A DNA stretch of 64,000 nucleotides, from NCBI GenBank assembly GCA_902627055.1, contig CACOHS010000003.1, positions 65,490-129,489 on the forward strand, written 5' to 3'. The stretch is from an uncultured SAR86 cluster bacterium (lineage in GTDB: Bacteria > Pseudomonadota > Gammaproteobacteria > Magnimaribacterales > D2472). This document shows, piece after piece, positions 1-9,073 of the stretch. The notes beneath the pieces are model-generated. The model did not search any database, had not been told where the DNA came from, and saw nothing but the letters and a program-made list of their open reading frames with translations. The position numbers and the translations under genes are program-made. The first letter of the stretch is position 1; each line of letters starts with the position of its first letter.

Positions 1-2
1 AT

Positions 3-425
3 GGAGAGCTAAGACCGCTTGATGTCATCAAACCATATCGATTAGAAATGGGAACCAAGTTGCAGAACCCAGAAGGAAAAAATTTATATGAGTTTTGGGG
101 CAATAAAGTTAGAGACAATATTTTGAAAGAACTTAAAACAAACAAGTCAAATCTCGTTGTTAATCTCGCATCAAAAGAATACTTTACCGTTGTAGGCTCA
201 TTGCCAGAAGATGTTGAAGTCGTTTCACCAGTTTTTAAAGATTTCAAAAACGGTGAATACAAACTAATTAGTTTTTATGCCAAAAAAGCTCGTGGTTTTA
301 TGAGTCACTGGATGATTAAAAATAAAGTTACAAAGTCAGAGGAATTAAAGAATTTTGATGCTGAAGGTTACAAATATTCGAAAAAACTTTCAACAGATTC
401 TGAGCCTGTCTTCTTAAGGAACTAA
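3..425 (+). CDS. yaaA: Peroxide-stress protein YaaA (UPF0246/DUF328), C-terminal part; the 5' end lies outside the window
   Basis: Frame 3 is open from the window edge (GELRPLDVIKPYRLEMGTKL...). The YRLEMG and NLASKEYF motifs are typical of the YaaA family. Confidence 0.8.
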   Translation, partial: GELRPLDVIKPYRLEMGTKLQNPEGKNLYEFWGNKVRDNILKELKTNKSNLVVNLASKEYFTVVGSLPEDVEVVSPVFKDFKNGEYKLISFYAKKARGFMSHWMIKNKVTKSEELKNFDAEGYKYSKKLSTDSEPVFLRN

Positions 426-1274
426 ACCCTTTTTTTCCCAAAAAGAATGCGTTGGCTCCAAGTCATCATAATTCGCCTTCGATTTTTCTATAAAAGCCTT
501 CATCGCAGCTTCCATGTCTTGACCACTAATTAATGAAGAATTCCACGCAGCATGATAATCGAGCGCTTCTTTCACGCTATGGTCACGAGCGTAATTGATT
601 TGTTTCTTAATTACTCGAGTAACAAGCGGTGACTTTGAGGCAATTTCTTGAGCTAGCTCCAATGAACCTTTTTCGAGGTCTGCTATGCTATCAAAAACTT
701 TATTTATAAAACCTAATTCAAGAGCCTCAGTTGGAAGAAATTTTCTACCAGTAAAAGCTAGCTCTCTAACAGCACCTATCGGCATCAATGAAGGGAGTCT
801 TTGCAATGTTCCAACATCTGCGGCTAGACCTATATCGACTTCCGCAATTTTAAAAAAAGCATCAGCAGAACAGTGTCTAATGTCACAGGCAGATACCATA
901 TCTATGCCACCACCAACACACGCTCCTTGAATGGATGCAATCGTCGGCATGCGACATTCCTCTAATGCAGTAAAGGTATTTTGCAGCTCTAGTACTTCAT
1001 GATAAAAAGTCTCTCGCATTCGAGCAGGGTCTTTTTTTGGCCCGTTCTTATCTGCGGGAGCAAAATTAGCCAAATCCATACCGGCATTAAAATGCTTGCC
1101 TTCTCCTTTTAATAAAATAACTCTTGCCTCAGCATTCTTATCCAGTTCTTTAACTATTTCGGGAAGTTCTTTCCAGAACAGTCGTGTCATGGTGTTAAAT
1201 TCTTCAGGACGATTCATGACCACATGGGCCACATGATCTTTTACGCTGACATCAAAACATGTGTATTTACTCAT
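414..1274 (-). CDS. Enoyl-CoA hydratase/isomerase (crotonase) family protein, dienoyl-CoA isomerase-like
   Basis: 286 aa. VVMNRPEEFN...GEGKHFNAGMDL and GACVGGGIDMVSACDIR are crotonase oxyanion-hole motifs. Confidence 0.85.
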   Translation of the reverse strand: MSKYTCFDVSVKDHVAHVVMNRPEEFNTMTRLFWKELPEIVKELDKNAEARVILLKGEGKHFNAGMDLANFAPADKNGPKKDPARMRETFYHEVLELQNTFTALEECRMPTIASIQGACVGGGIDMVSACDIRHCSADAFFKIAEVDIGLAADVGTLQRLPSLMPIGAVRELAFTGRKFLPTEALELGFINKVFDSIADLEKGSLELAQEIASKSPLVTRVIKKQINYARDHSVKEALDYHAAWNSSLISGQDMEAAMKAFIEKSKANYDDLEPTHSFWEKKGLVP

Positions 1275-1431
1275 TTGAAACTACCTCATTTTTGATATTT
1301 TGAACTATCTCTCTTAACTCATCCACTAATTCAAAAGTTTTGTGGTGAGGGAGGACTACTTTTCTCTCGGTACTAAGTTTCCTTAGCCCATTATCTAACT
1401 CGTCTAATTTGGTGATTATTTCTTTGCTCAT
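1267..1431 (-). CDS. Small hypothetical protein (54 aa, K/E/L-rich, predicted helical); not in the supplied ORF track
   Basis: Hand translation gives MSKEIITKLDELDNGLRKLSTERKVVLPHHKLFELVDELREIVQNIKNEVVSNE*. Its stop overlaps the crotonase start by 8 nt (AATGAGTAA). No clear Shine-Dalgarno sequence. Confidence 0.3.
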   Translation of the reverse strand: MSKEIITKLDELDNGLRKLSTERKVVLPHHKTFELVDELREIVQNIKNEVVSNE

Positions 1432-1476
1432 GGATACAATAGGTTTCTTAACAAAAAATTATAATAGCTTGAATCT

Positions 1477-2328
1477 ATGAAAGCACGTCTCTGGCAAAGT
1501 TTATTTCTTTTAAACTCTCTAATCACAACAGAAATTATTTTTGCTGAGATCGCAAAGAAAGATATTAGTGATTTAAAAGAACAAAATATAATGTCTGTTC
1601 TTTATCAACAGACAGCAGCTGAAAGACTGGCTGGTAGTTTTCAAACCTTTAGATCAGCTAAGCAAGCACTAGACAATGCTTTAGCTGACTCATCTTGGAG
1701 TGCCCTTCCAGGACAAGATGTTAAAGGTAAAAGACCAGCAATTATAGTCGATGTAGATGAGACAGTTTTAGATAATACTGCTTATGAAGCCCGAATGATT
1801 CTTGATGGCACCAAGTATCCAGAAGGATGGATTAATTGGGGTAAAGAAGCAGTTGCCACTGAGGTTCCAGGCGCAAAAGATTTTCTTAATTATGCAGCCT
1901 CAAAAGGAGTGACAATTTTTTATGTTACCAATCGAGTAATTGAGTTAAAAGAATCAACAAAAAAAAATCTTACCAAGCTTGATATTCCTTGGGATCAAGA
2001 CATTGATACTGTTTTAATGCGTGGAGAAAATAACTGGGACTCTAATAAGGGACCAAGAAGAGAGTTGATAGGAGAAAAATACAGAGTGCTATTGATGGTC
2101 GGAGATAATTTAGGAGATTTTGTAGATGCTAAAGACAACAACTTGAGCCCTGAAAAAAGAAAAGAAATTGTTAGAGCATATTCTGATTATTGGGGAGTAA
2201 AGTGGTTTATGATTCAAAATATTGCCTATGGAGATTGGGAGGGAGCCCTTTACAACTTTGACTATTCGCTTTCTCCTGATGAAGTGAATAACGCTCGTTT
2301 AGAGAACTTGAAGCCATTGAGACAATAG
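1477..2328 (+). CDS. Class C acid phosphatase / 5'-nucleotidase, e(P4) family (HAD superfamily), secreted
   Basis: 283 aa with an N-terminal signal-like segment. Has the IIVDVDETVLDN DDDD-type motif, YVTNR and GDNLGDF. Confidence 0.8.
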   Translation: MKARLWQSLFLLNSLITTEIIFAEIAKKDISDLKEQNIMSVLYQQTAAERLAGSFQTFRSAKQALDNALADSSWSALPGQDVKGKRPAIIVDVDETVLDNTAYEARMILDGTKYPEGWINWGKEAVATEVPGAKDFLNYAASKGVTIFYVTNRVIELKESTKKNLTKLDIPWDQDIDTVLMRGENNWDSNKGPRRELIGEKYRVLLMVGDNLGDFVDAKDNNLSPEKRKEIVRAYSDYWGVKWFMIQNIAYGDWEGALYNFDYSLSPDEVNNARLENLKPLRQ

Positions 2329-2380
2329 AATAAAAACCATTGGCCTCATGTTGCAAGTTCTCAATTTTGAGAATCTAGAG

Positions 2381-3031
2381 TCAAGTAATTTCGCTAACTA
2401 GATTAGCAAGATTGGGGAAGGTCTTAATTTCATTTTGTAAAATTCTATTTTTGCCAGGAGTGATCCAGGCTACTTGTTTTACACCTGCTTTAGCAGCAGC
2501 TGTGACAACCTTGAAGTCATCATCGATAAAGATTACATCTTCAAAATTTAGATTTAAGTTATGTCTTACTAAACTCCAGAATTCTTTTGACTCTTTAGGA
2601 TAACCAACATGCATGCTGTAAAAAATTGAATCAAAAAATTCCAGAAAGTTTTGAGTCTCGGCCTTATATTCCTGAATCCTTGGGTCTCCATTAGTCAAAA
2701 TGTACTTGGGATTTTGTAAAGTTGATAATTTTTGTAATGCTTCATGTGAACCTTCTATGTAAGAGCACTTCTCTTCTTTTGCTTTAATGATTTGCATGCA
2801 ATCAATGTTAAGCAAATCATCCCAATAATTTAGATCATAAAAATTTAGCGTCCCTTTTTGCATTTCTATTTTTGTGAGGATTTCTGATTTAGCTTCTTCC
2901 TCGCTTAAATTCAATTTCCTTGCCATATGCTCAGGGAGCCAGGATTCCCAAAACTTTATATCATATTCAATATTTAAGATCACACCGTCAAGATCTAAGA
3001 GAATTGCAGTGGTAGAATTAAGCTTTATCAT
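2381..3031 (-). CDS. HAD-superfamily hydrolase (nucleotidase or phosphatase-like)
   Basis: 216 aa. LLDLDGVILN is HAD motif I, LTNG is motif II-like, and FIDDD is motif IV. Confidence 0.75.
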   Translation of the reverse strand: MIKLNSTTAILLDLDGVILNIEYDIKFWESWLPEHMARKLNLSEEEAKSEILTKIEMQKGTLNFYDLNYWDDLLNIDCMQIIKAKEEKCSYIEGSHEALQKLSTLQNPKYILTNGDPRIQEYKAETQNFLEFFDSIFYSMHVGYPKESKEFWSLVRHNLNLNFEDVIFIDDDFKVVTAAAKAGVKQVAWITPGKNRILQNEIKTFPNLANLVSEIT

Positions 3032-3038
3032 TTATGAA

Positions 3039-3851
3039 ATGTTATCTAAAAATTTAGAATCTATTATCTCTCAATTAGAGGAATTAACGTGGAGTTTATT
3101 TCCAGAGATTCTTAAAATTTATCAGAATCCAAGGTCCAGCGCACAAGAGAAAAAAGATGGCTCACCTGTTACTGCTGCCGATATGTATGCCCATAAAGTA
3201 ATAGTAGAATTTTTAAAGAGGCAATTTCCTGATATCCCTATCGTTTCAGAGGAAAGTTTTAGGCAAAAAAATTATAGGCCTGCAAAAGAATTTTGGATCA
3301 TTGATCCTATTGATGGAACTAAAGAGTTTGTAAATAAATCAAATGAGTTTACGACCAACATAGCGCTTATTCAAAATGGTAAACCAGCTCTTGGCGTAGT
3401 AGGGGCGCCGGCTTTTAATCAGGTATGGTCAGGGATAGCAATTGAACCAGTGAAGAAGAAGCCTAACAATAAGGCTCAATCAATTCTACGAATAGTTACC
3501 AGTAAAAGCCACAGAACACTAATAGATACTGCTTTTTTAAATTTTTTAGATAAAAAAGGAAAAAAATTAAAGATAATTTCTAAAGGTAGCTCTCTTAAAA
3601 TTTGTGCCCTAGTGGATGAAAAAGCTGATATTTACCCCCGATTTGGTCCTACTTCTGAGTGGGATATAGCTGCTGCAGATGCTGTCCTTAGATCAAGGGG
3701 CGGAGGAATCTTTCAAATAGATAATAAAAAACCCCTTGAATACGGAAAAAAGAACAGCATATTAAATCCTATGTTTATAGCAATTAGAGATGTGAACCAA
3801 AAAAAGACAATTTTGTCTCTAATAGGTAGTTTTAGAAAAAATTTGCTATAA
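3039..3851 (+). CDS. cysQ: 3'(2'),5'-bisphosphate nucleotidase CysQ (inositol monophosphatase family)
   Basis: SEE..., WIIDPIDGTKEF and EWDIAAADAV motifs. The ATG at 3039 is chosen because the longer ORF from 2874 would overlap the convergent HAD gene. Confidence 0.8.
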   Translation: MLSKNLESIISQLEELTWSLFPEILKIYQNPRSSAQEKKDGSPVTAADMYAHKVIVEFLKRQFPDIPIVSEESFRQKNYRPAKEFWIIDPIDGTKEFVNKSNEFTTNIALIQNGKPALGVVGAPAFNQVWSGIAIEPVKKKPNNKAQSILRIVTSKSHRTLIDTAFLNFLDKKGKKLKIISKGSSLKICALVDEKADIYPRFGPTSEWDIAAADAVLRSRGGGIFQIDNKKPLEYGKKNSILNPMFIAIRDVNQKKTILSLIGSFRKNLL

Positions 3852-3904
3852 TTATCATTTCCTAATAACTATAGGTTATAATTAGTTATTAGAAAAACAT
3901 ATAT

Positions 3905-4765
3905 ATGGGTACAGATTTACAGACAATCACGCTTTCAACGCCAGGAAAGGATATTGAATCCTATTTGTCTTGTGTTCACGCTATTCCAATTTTGACTGCT
4001 GAGCAAGAGCAAGAACTTGCTCAAAAATTATTTGAAAATAATGATCTGGAAGCTGCACGTCAGTTAGTTCTTTCTCATTTAAGATTTGTTGTGCATATTG
4101 CAAGATCTTATCAAGGCTATGGATTGCCTCTAGCTGACATAATCCAAGAAGGAAATGTGGGTTTGATGAAGGCCGTTGATCGATTTGATCCTAACAGGGG
4201 TGTTAAGGTTGTTTCCTTTGCTGTGCATTGGATCAAAGCAGAAATCCATGAGTATATTCTTAAGAATTGGAGAATGGTAAAGATTGCAACAACAAAAGCG
4301 CAAAGAAAGTTATTTTTTAACCTTAGAAGCAAGAAAAAAACATTAGATTGGCTTACTCATGAGGAAGCTGAGAAAATTGCAGAAGATTTAAATGTTGAAG
4401 TTAAAGATGTGCTGCATATGGAAAATCGACTTACTTCTCAGGATTCAGCATTTGATGCACCAGTTGGCAGTGATGATGAAGGTGATATTTTATCTCCATC
4501 TCAATTTCTTGAAGACAAATCATCTAGCCCAGAAATTCTTGTTGAACAACAGGAAGTCGCTGAACATAATTCCGAAGAGCTATCAATGGCTCTAGCGAGT
4601 TTGGATGATAGAAGCAAAGATATCATTGCTAGAAGATACCTAGCAGATGAAAAAGAGACATTGCATGACCTTGCTGATGAGTACAACGTTTCTGCAGAAA
4701 GAATCAGACAGATTGAGAATGGAGCATTAAAAAAACTTAAAGCTGCCATGTCTAACGCAGCCTAA
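3905..4765 (+). CDS. rpoH: RNA polymerase sigma-32 (heat-shock sigma factor RpoH)
   Basis: 286 aa. Has region 2 (IQEGNVGLMKAVDRFDP), the RpoH box (KAQRKLFFNLR) and a region 4 helix-turn-helix (LADEYNVSAERIRQIE). Confidence 0.95.
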   Translation: MGTDLQTITLSTPGKDIESYLSCVHAIPILTAEQEQELAQKLFENNDLEAARQLVLSHLRFVVHIARSYQGYGLPLADIIQEGNVGLMKAVDRFDPNRGVKVVSFAVHWIKAEIHEYILKNWRMVKIATTKAQRKLFFNLRSKKKTLDWLTHEEAEKIAEDLNVEVKDVLHMENRLTSQDSAFDAPVGSDDEGDILSPSQFLEDKSSSPEILVEQQEVAEHNSEELSMALASLDDRSKDIIARRYLADEKETLHDLADEYNVSAERIRQIENGALKKLKAAMSNAA

Positions 4766-4780
4766 TCAAGGCATTTCCTT

Positions 4781-5437
4781 ATTAATCAAGATAAACCCTA
4801 CTTAGCAAGTTTTGTAAAAAGACTTGGACGCATCACCCAATCACAAAAAAGTGCCTTAGAATCACTAGAGCAATATCATTTAGCAGGATCTAATGAATTA
4901 TTGGAATTTGCTAAAGGCTACGAAAAAATTATTTTAGAAATAGGCTTTGGCAATGGAGAGAATACTTCTTTCTTAGCATCTGAAAACCCAAATGCACTAA
5001 TAGTGGCCTCAGAAGTATATCTTTCAGGTATAGGCAGCCTTCTTAATAACATTGCTAAGAATTCTTTGACGAATATAAAAATTTTTGATGAAGATGTGCG
5101 TGAACTGCTTTTTAAGCTTCCAAATAAAATTTTTGATGAAATATATATTATCTGCCCTGATCCCTGGCCTAAAGCCAGACATCATAAAAGAAGACTAATT
5201 AAAAATGACTTCTTGAAAATTTTGGCAAATGTTCTCAAAAAAGATGGCACTGTATATATTTCAACTGATTGGGAGAATTATGCTGAATCTATTGAGGAAG
5301 AATTAGAAAAAACTAAGGATCAGTTTTCCTTTTCTCAAATTTCAAATCAGGGCATGCCCATTACTCGATTCCAACAGCGCGCAATAAAAGAAGGTAGATC
5401 AATATATACTTTTTTGCTAAAAGCTATAGACAAATAA
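4781..5437 (+). CDS. trmB: tRNA (guanine46-N7)-methyltransferase TrmB; start uncertain (ATT at 4781 proposed, minimal TTG ORF is 4901..5437)
   Basis: LEIGFGNGE is the SAM motif and CPDPWPKARHHKRRL is the TrmB motif. The conserved N-terminal SFVKRLGRITQSQKSALE is encoded at 4808-4861, upstream of the first canonical start. Confidence 0.85.
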   Translation: MNQDKPYLASFVKRLGRITQSQKSALESLEQYHLAGSNELLEFAKGYEKIILEIGFGNGENTSFLASENPNALIVASEVYLSGIGSLLNNIAKNSLTNIKIFDEDVRELLFKLPNKIFDEIYIICPDPWPKARHHKRRLIKNDFLKILANVLKKDGTVYISTDWENYAESIEEELEKTKDQFSFSQISNQGMPITRFQQRAIKEGRSIYTFLLKAIDK

Positions 5438-5467
5438 TTTTATTCTTCTTCACCAATATTTAAATTT

Positions 5468-6091
5468 TTATATGCTGTGGGTTTTGTCATTAGATGAAAA
5501 TCTTTCAATCTTGGTTTTTAAAATTTGCATAGCTATACCCCTGTGGCTTAGTAATGCTTTTTCATTTTCTTCCATCTCAGCTAAGGATACATTACTATTT
5601 TTTGGATAGAACATGGGATCATAACCAAATCCATTTTTCCCTCGCATGGTTGTTTTTACCACTCCTTCAAATACACCGGTTGCAATGAGCGGAAATGGGT
5701 CTTCAGAATCTCGTACCAAAACAAGCACACAAACAAAGTACGCTTTTGTTTGATTTAATTGCAGCTTTTTAAGCTCATTTTTAAGATGTTGTCGATTTTC
5801 TTCATCCGTTGCATTCTCATGCGCATATCTAGCTGATCGAAGTCCTGGTAAGTTATTTAGAGCAGGCACAATTAGACCTGAGTCATCACCAAGCGATGTC
5901 ATACCGGAGGCAGTATTTGCCACTCGCGCTTTATGTAGACTATTTTCAAAAAATGTCTTACCAAGTTCCTCTTCAGGGACTATACCCAAAGAACTTTGTG
6001 AGATTATGTTGAACTTTGGCATAAGCAATTCAAACTCTTTAAGCTTGCCTGGATTACCAGTTGCAAGAACTATGGTTGGTTGATTAGCCAA
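5468..6091 (-). CDS. rdgB: dITP/XTP pyrophosphatase RdgB (Ham1 family)
   Basis: VLATGNPGKLKEF, GDDSGL and FGYDPMF motifs. Confidence 0.9.
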   Translation of the reverse strand: MANQPTIVLATGNPGKLKEFELLMPKFNIISQSSLGIVPEEELGKTFFENSLHKARVANTASGMTSLGDDSGLIVPALNNLPGLRSARYAHENATDEENRQHLKNELKKLQLNQTKAYFVCVLVLVRDSEDPFPLIATGVFEGVVKTTMRGKNGFGYDPMFYPKNSNVSLAEMEENEKALLSHRGIAMQILKTKIERFSSNDKTHSI

Positions 6092-6671
6092 TTAAATAGA
6101 CCGCTTGGGCGGCAAATAAGTTAGGAAGTCTATTAGCCAGCCAAGAAGACTTACCTTTACGATTTAAGTAGACTTTCTTTTTAATAACAAAAGATTCTTC
6201 ACTACATAATTCTTCAAAATCTGCAATAGTACACAGATGAAGATTCTTTGTTTCATACCATTTAGCTGGAAGTTGATCAGAGGAGGGCATCTTACCATTT
6301 AATATACCCAGCCTAAGTTCCCAATTTCCAAAATTAGGTAACGTAATCACACACTCATTCGCAACTTTTAAGATATTCTTCATTGCATCTTTTGGTTTTC
6401 TTAAGCATTGAATCGAGCTAGCCATTACTGCGACATCAAAACCCATGCCCTTATAGTTGTGTATGCCGGCATCAATATCTTGTTGTATTACTGAAACACC
6501 ATTGATAATACAAGCATTAATTTTGTCTGGATCATTCTCTACCCCATAACCGGTTATTGACTTTTGCTCAGATAATATTTTTAGAAGAATGCCATCTCCA
6601 CAACCAAAGTCTATAACTTTGGATTGACTGGGGATCCAATCTAGAACAATTTTTTGAAGCGTACTATCCAT
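6084..6671 (-). CDS. metW: Methionine biosynthesis protein MetW
   Basis: 195 aa. Has a DFGCGDG methyltransferase-like fold motif and overlaps metX by 8 nt, as in Pseudomonas metXW. Confidence 0.9.
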   Translation of the reverse strand: MDSTLQKIVLDWIPSQSKVIDFGCGDGILLKILSEQKSITGYGVENDPDKINACIINGVSVIQQDIDAGIHNYKGMGFDVAVMASSIQCLRKPKDAMKNILKVANECVITLPNFGNWELRLGILNGKMPSSDQLPAKWYETKNLHLCTIADFEELCSEESFVIKKKVYLNRKGKSSWLANRLPNLFAAQAVYLIG

Positions 6672-7764
6672 CAGAGTTTAAGAAGTTTTTCAACGCTGCA
6701 GAATACTTTTCGGAATAAAAAAGAAAGCTATCATGGCCATAATCTCCTTCTAGTTCTATGTAGGAGCTATTAATGCCTGCTTTAATTGCAGACATTTGGA
6801 TTTCTACACCATACTCTTTTGGAAATAGCCAGTCTGAGTCAAAAGATACAATAAGTAATTTAGCTTTAATGGTTTTAAGACATTTAACTAAATCATTATC
6901 GAAGTCTTTAGCTGGATCAAAACTATCCATGGCTTTAGTCATAAGGATATAGCTATTCGCATCAAAGGTGTTTGCAAATTGCTCGCCTTTATACTGCAGA
7001 TAATTTTCTACCTCATAGTTTACATCTGCATCTATTTTATTATCTGGATCTTGTAATCTCCTTCCAAATCTTTTGCTCATATTAGATTCAGATAAATAAG
7101 TTATATGCCCAAGCATTCTTGCGGCTTTAAGACCTTTTTTAGGAGATACTTCCTTAGATAAGTAATCACCATTATGAAAATTTTCATCTTTTCTAATTAT
7201 TTCTCTAGCCACTTCATTCAATGCAATATTTTGAGTACTTATTTTTGATGAGGCTGCGATTATTGCTACTTTTTTAACTTTATCCGGATATGAGATTCCC
7301 CATTGAAGTGCTTGCATTCCACCCAAACTTCCACCAGCAACCATTTCCCAGCAATCTATTCCAAAATGATCAGCTAGTAATTTTTGAGTTTTAACCCAAT
7401 CACTCACTGATACTTCTGGAAAGTTTGCGCCATTGTGCTGATTTAATTTATTTTCAGTAGTTGCTGGACCAGTTGAACCATGACAGCCACCAATATTATT
7501 AAGTGCAACTACAAAAAATTTTTTTGTATCAATTGTTTTTCCATCCCCAATCAATTCATCCCACCAACCTGGCTTTTTCTCTCCATCTTTTTTACCTGCT
7601 GCATGATGATTTCCAGAAAAAGCGTGACAAACTAAAACAGCATTATCTTTTGCATCACTAAGTTCCCCATATGTTTCTGTCATCAGATCAAAGCCATGCA
7701 AAACCTCTCCAGATTTAAGATTTAAAGGCTCGTCAAATGAAATTTTTTCTGTATTTACCTTCAT
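6664..7764 (-). CDS. metX: Homoserine O-acyltransferase MetX (acetyl or succinyl specificity not decidable)
   Basis: 366 aa alpha/beta hydrolase with a GGSLGGMQALQW nucleophile elbow. Paired with metW. Confidence 0.92.
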   Translation of the reverse strand: MKVNTEKISFDEPLNLKSGEVLHGFDLMTETYGELSDAKDNAVLVCHAFSGNHHAAGKKDGEKKPGWWDELIGDGKTIDTKKFFVVALNNIGGCHGSTGPATTENKLNQHNGANFPEVSVSDWVKTQKLLADHFGIDCWEMVAGGSLGGMQALQWGISYPDKVKKVAIIAASSKISTQNIALNEVAREIIRKDENFHNGDYLSKEVSPKKGLKAARMLGHITYLSESNMSKRFGRRLQDPDNKIDADVNYEVENYLQYKGEQFANTFDANSYILMTKAMDSFDPAKDFDNDLVKCLKTIKAKLLIVSFDSDWLFPKEYGVEIQMSAIKAGINSSYIELEGDYGHDSFLFYSEKYSAALKNFLNSDG

Positions 7765-8276
7765 AACAAAGAACGGATTATCTGTATGAAAGATGAGTTG
7801 ATTAAATTTAAAATAAGCAGTCCTATTATTGGAGTAAAATCTAAACCCCCCATTGGAGGAAGGAATTTTCTGATAGGATCTAAAACACCAGCAGAAATTT
7901 CTTCTACGATTTGTAACAATGGATGATTATTTCTTGGAGCAATCCAACTTAAAACCACAGAGCCAATAACGCAATAAAATAAAATTCTAAATCCAGAGTT
8001 AATTACATCTATTACAGCAATATAAAACAATGACAATGATTCATATCCTGATGAGTAAGCCAAATAAAAGGAAATGAATTTCAGAACTAATGCAAAGGCT
8101 ATTGCTGCTATAAGAGGAGGTAAAAAAAAGAAAGCATTCTTTGATATTGGCTCTAAATATGTGGCAAAAATTTTAACTATAGGATTAAAGTAATTAACTC
8201 TAAATAACCTAAAGATTGACAGCAACACAAAAGCATAACTTGCAAAGCCAAATAATATTGCAAATGCATTAACCAT
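7761..8276 (-). CDS. yggT: YggT family integral membrane protein
   Basis: 171 aa and multi-TM. Sits in the conserved position between proC and metX. Confidence 0.8.
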   Translation of the reverse strand: MVNAFAILFGFASYAFVLLSIFRLFRVNYFNPIVKIFATYLEPISKNAFFFLPPLIAAIAFALVLKFISFYLAYSSGYESLSLFYIAVIDVINSGFRILFYCVIGSVVLSWIAPRNNHPLLQIVEEISAGVLDPIRKFLPPMGGLDFTPIIGLLILNLINSSFIQIIRSLL

Positions 8277-8290
8277 TTTTTCTTAAGTAT

Positions 8291-9073
8291 TTATTGCTCA
8301 TTACTTATCTCAATAGATCTATCTTTTGCTGCTCTAAAGGCTTGTTTAAAAATGCTTTCCATATGATTTTTTTCAAGAGATTCTAATCCTGCCTGAGTTG
8401 TTCCTCCCGGGGATTTTATCTTATTTATTAGGGTTTCAAAATCTGGCTCATCGGAAAAGGAATCTCCAAGGCTGGTGACAAAATCTTTAAAAATCTCTAT
8501 AACATCTGCATTATCAGATGCTATTTTTTCTAGTTCATCAAGGTATATTCTCAAGACCTCAAAAAGAAAAGCTTGACCGCTACCAATAATGCTCGTGAAT
8601 GCATGCATTTCTCTCTCATTTTTGAGGACAAATACATGACCTATTTTTTTAAATAAATCACTAGCAAAATTGAATTCTTTTGAGGAATGATCATTAGCAT
8701 AAAGAGCGGTTATACCTTTGCCAAAAGCAGAGGATGTATTTGGCATTGATCGGATAACAGAATTAGGATTTGAGTATTTATTTAACTCTATTCCTGCGAC
8801 TACAGTTAATATTTTAGAGTTTGGTGCAGCCTGAAATATATTTTTTTCAGCAGACAAAGCATCCTTAGGTTTTACAGCTAAAATCACTAAATCAAAATTC
8901 TCTTTAGCTAGGCTATCTAATTCAATTACTTCTAGGTTTTTTTCTTTTAAAAGCTCAACTTTTCTTTGATTTCTTTCAATGCAAGCAATGCTTGATGTTG
9001 AAATCCCATTACTTAATAACCCATCAATCATCGCTTGCGCGATGTTGCCACATCCAACAAAACAGACATTCAT
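8291..9073 (-). CDS. proC: Pyrroline-5-carboxylate reductase
   Basis: FVGCGNIAQAM Rossmann motif and a C-terminal SPGGTTQAGL motif. Confidence 0.9.
   Translation of the reverse strand: MNVCFVGCGNIAQAMIDGLLSNGISTSSIACIERNQRKVELLKEKNLEVIELDSLAKENFDLVILAVKPKDALSAEKNIFQAAPNSKILTVVAGIELNKYSNPNSVIRSMPNTSSAFGKGITALYANDHSSKEFNFASDLFKKIGHVFVLKNEREMHAFTSIIGSGQAFLFEVLRIYLDELEKIASDNADVIEIFKDFVTSLGDSFSDEPDFETLINKIKSPGGTTQAGLESLEKNHMESIFKQAFRAAKDRSIEISNEQ

Noticed and set aside
2358-2373. Palindrome TTCTCAA-TT-TTGAGAA between the convergent e(P4) phosphatase and HAD genes, considered as a terminator.
   Set aside because: The stem is AT-rich, the loop is too small, and there is no clear U tract. This is not enough to call a terminator.
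2874-3038. N-terminal extension of the cysQ ORF starting at 2874.
   Set aside because: It would overlap 158 nt of the convergent HAD hydrolase gene, and the extra residues look non-protein-like. The ATG at 3039 gives a normal-length CysQ. The same reasoning was applied to the upstream alternative starts at 12581, 14428 and 15473.
4763-4765. Stop-codon read-through producing an RpoH-TrmB fusion, because the two genes share a frame.
   Set aside because: TAA is the most efficient stop codon. The RpoH C-terminus is complete, with region 4.2 present. Nothing in the sequence suggests recoding. A non-canonical start for trmB is the simpler explanation.
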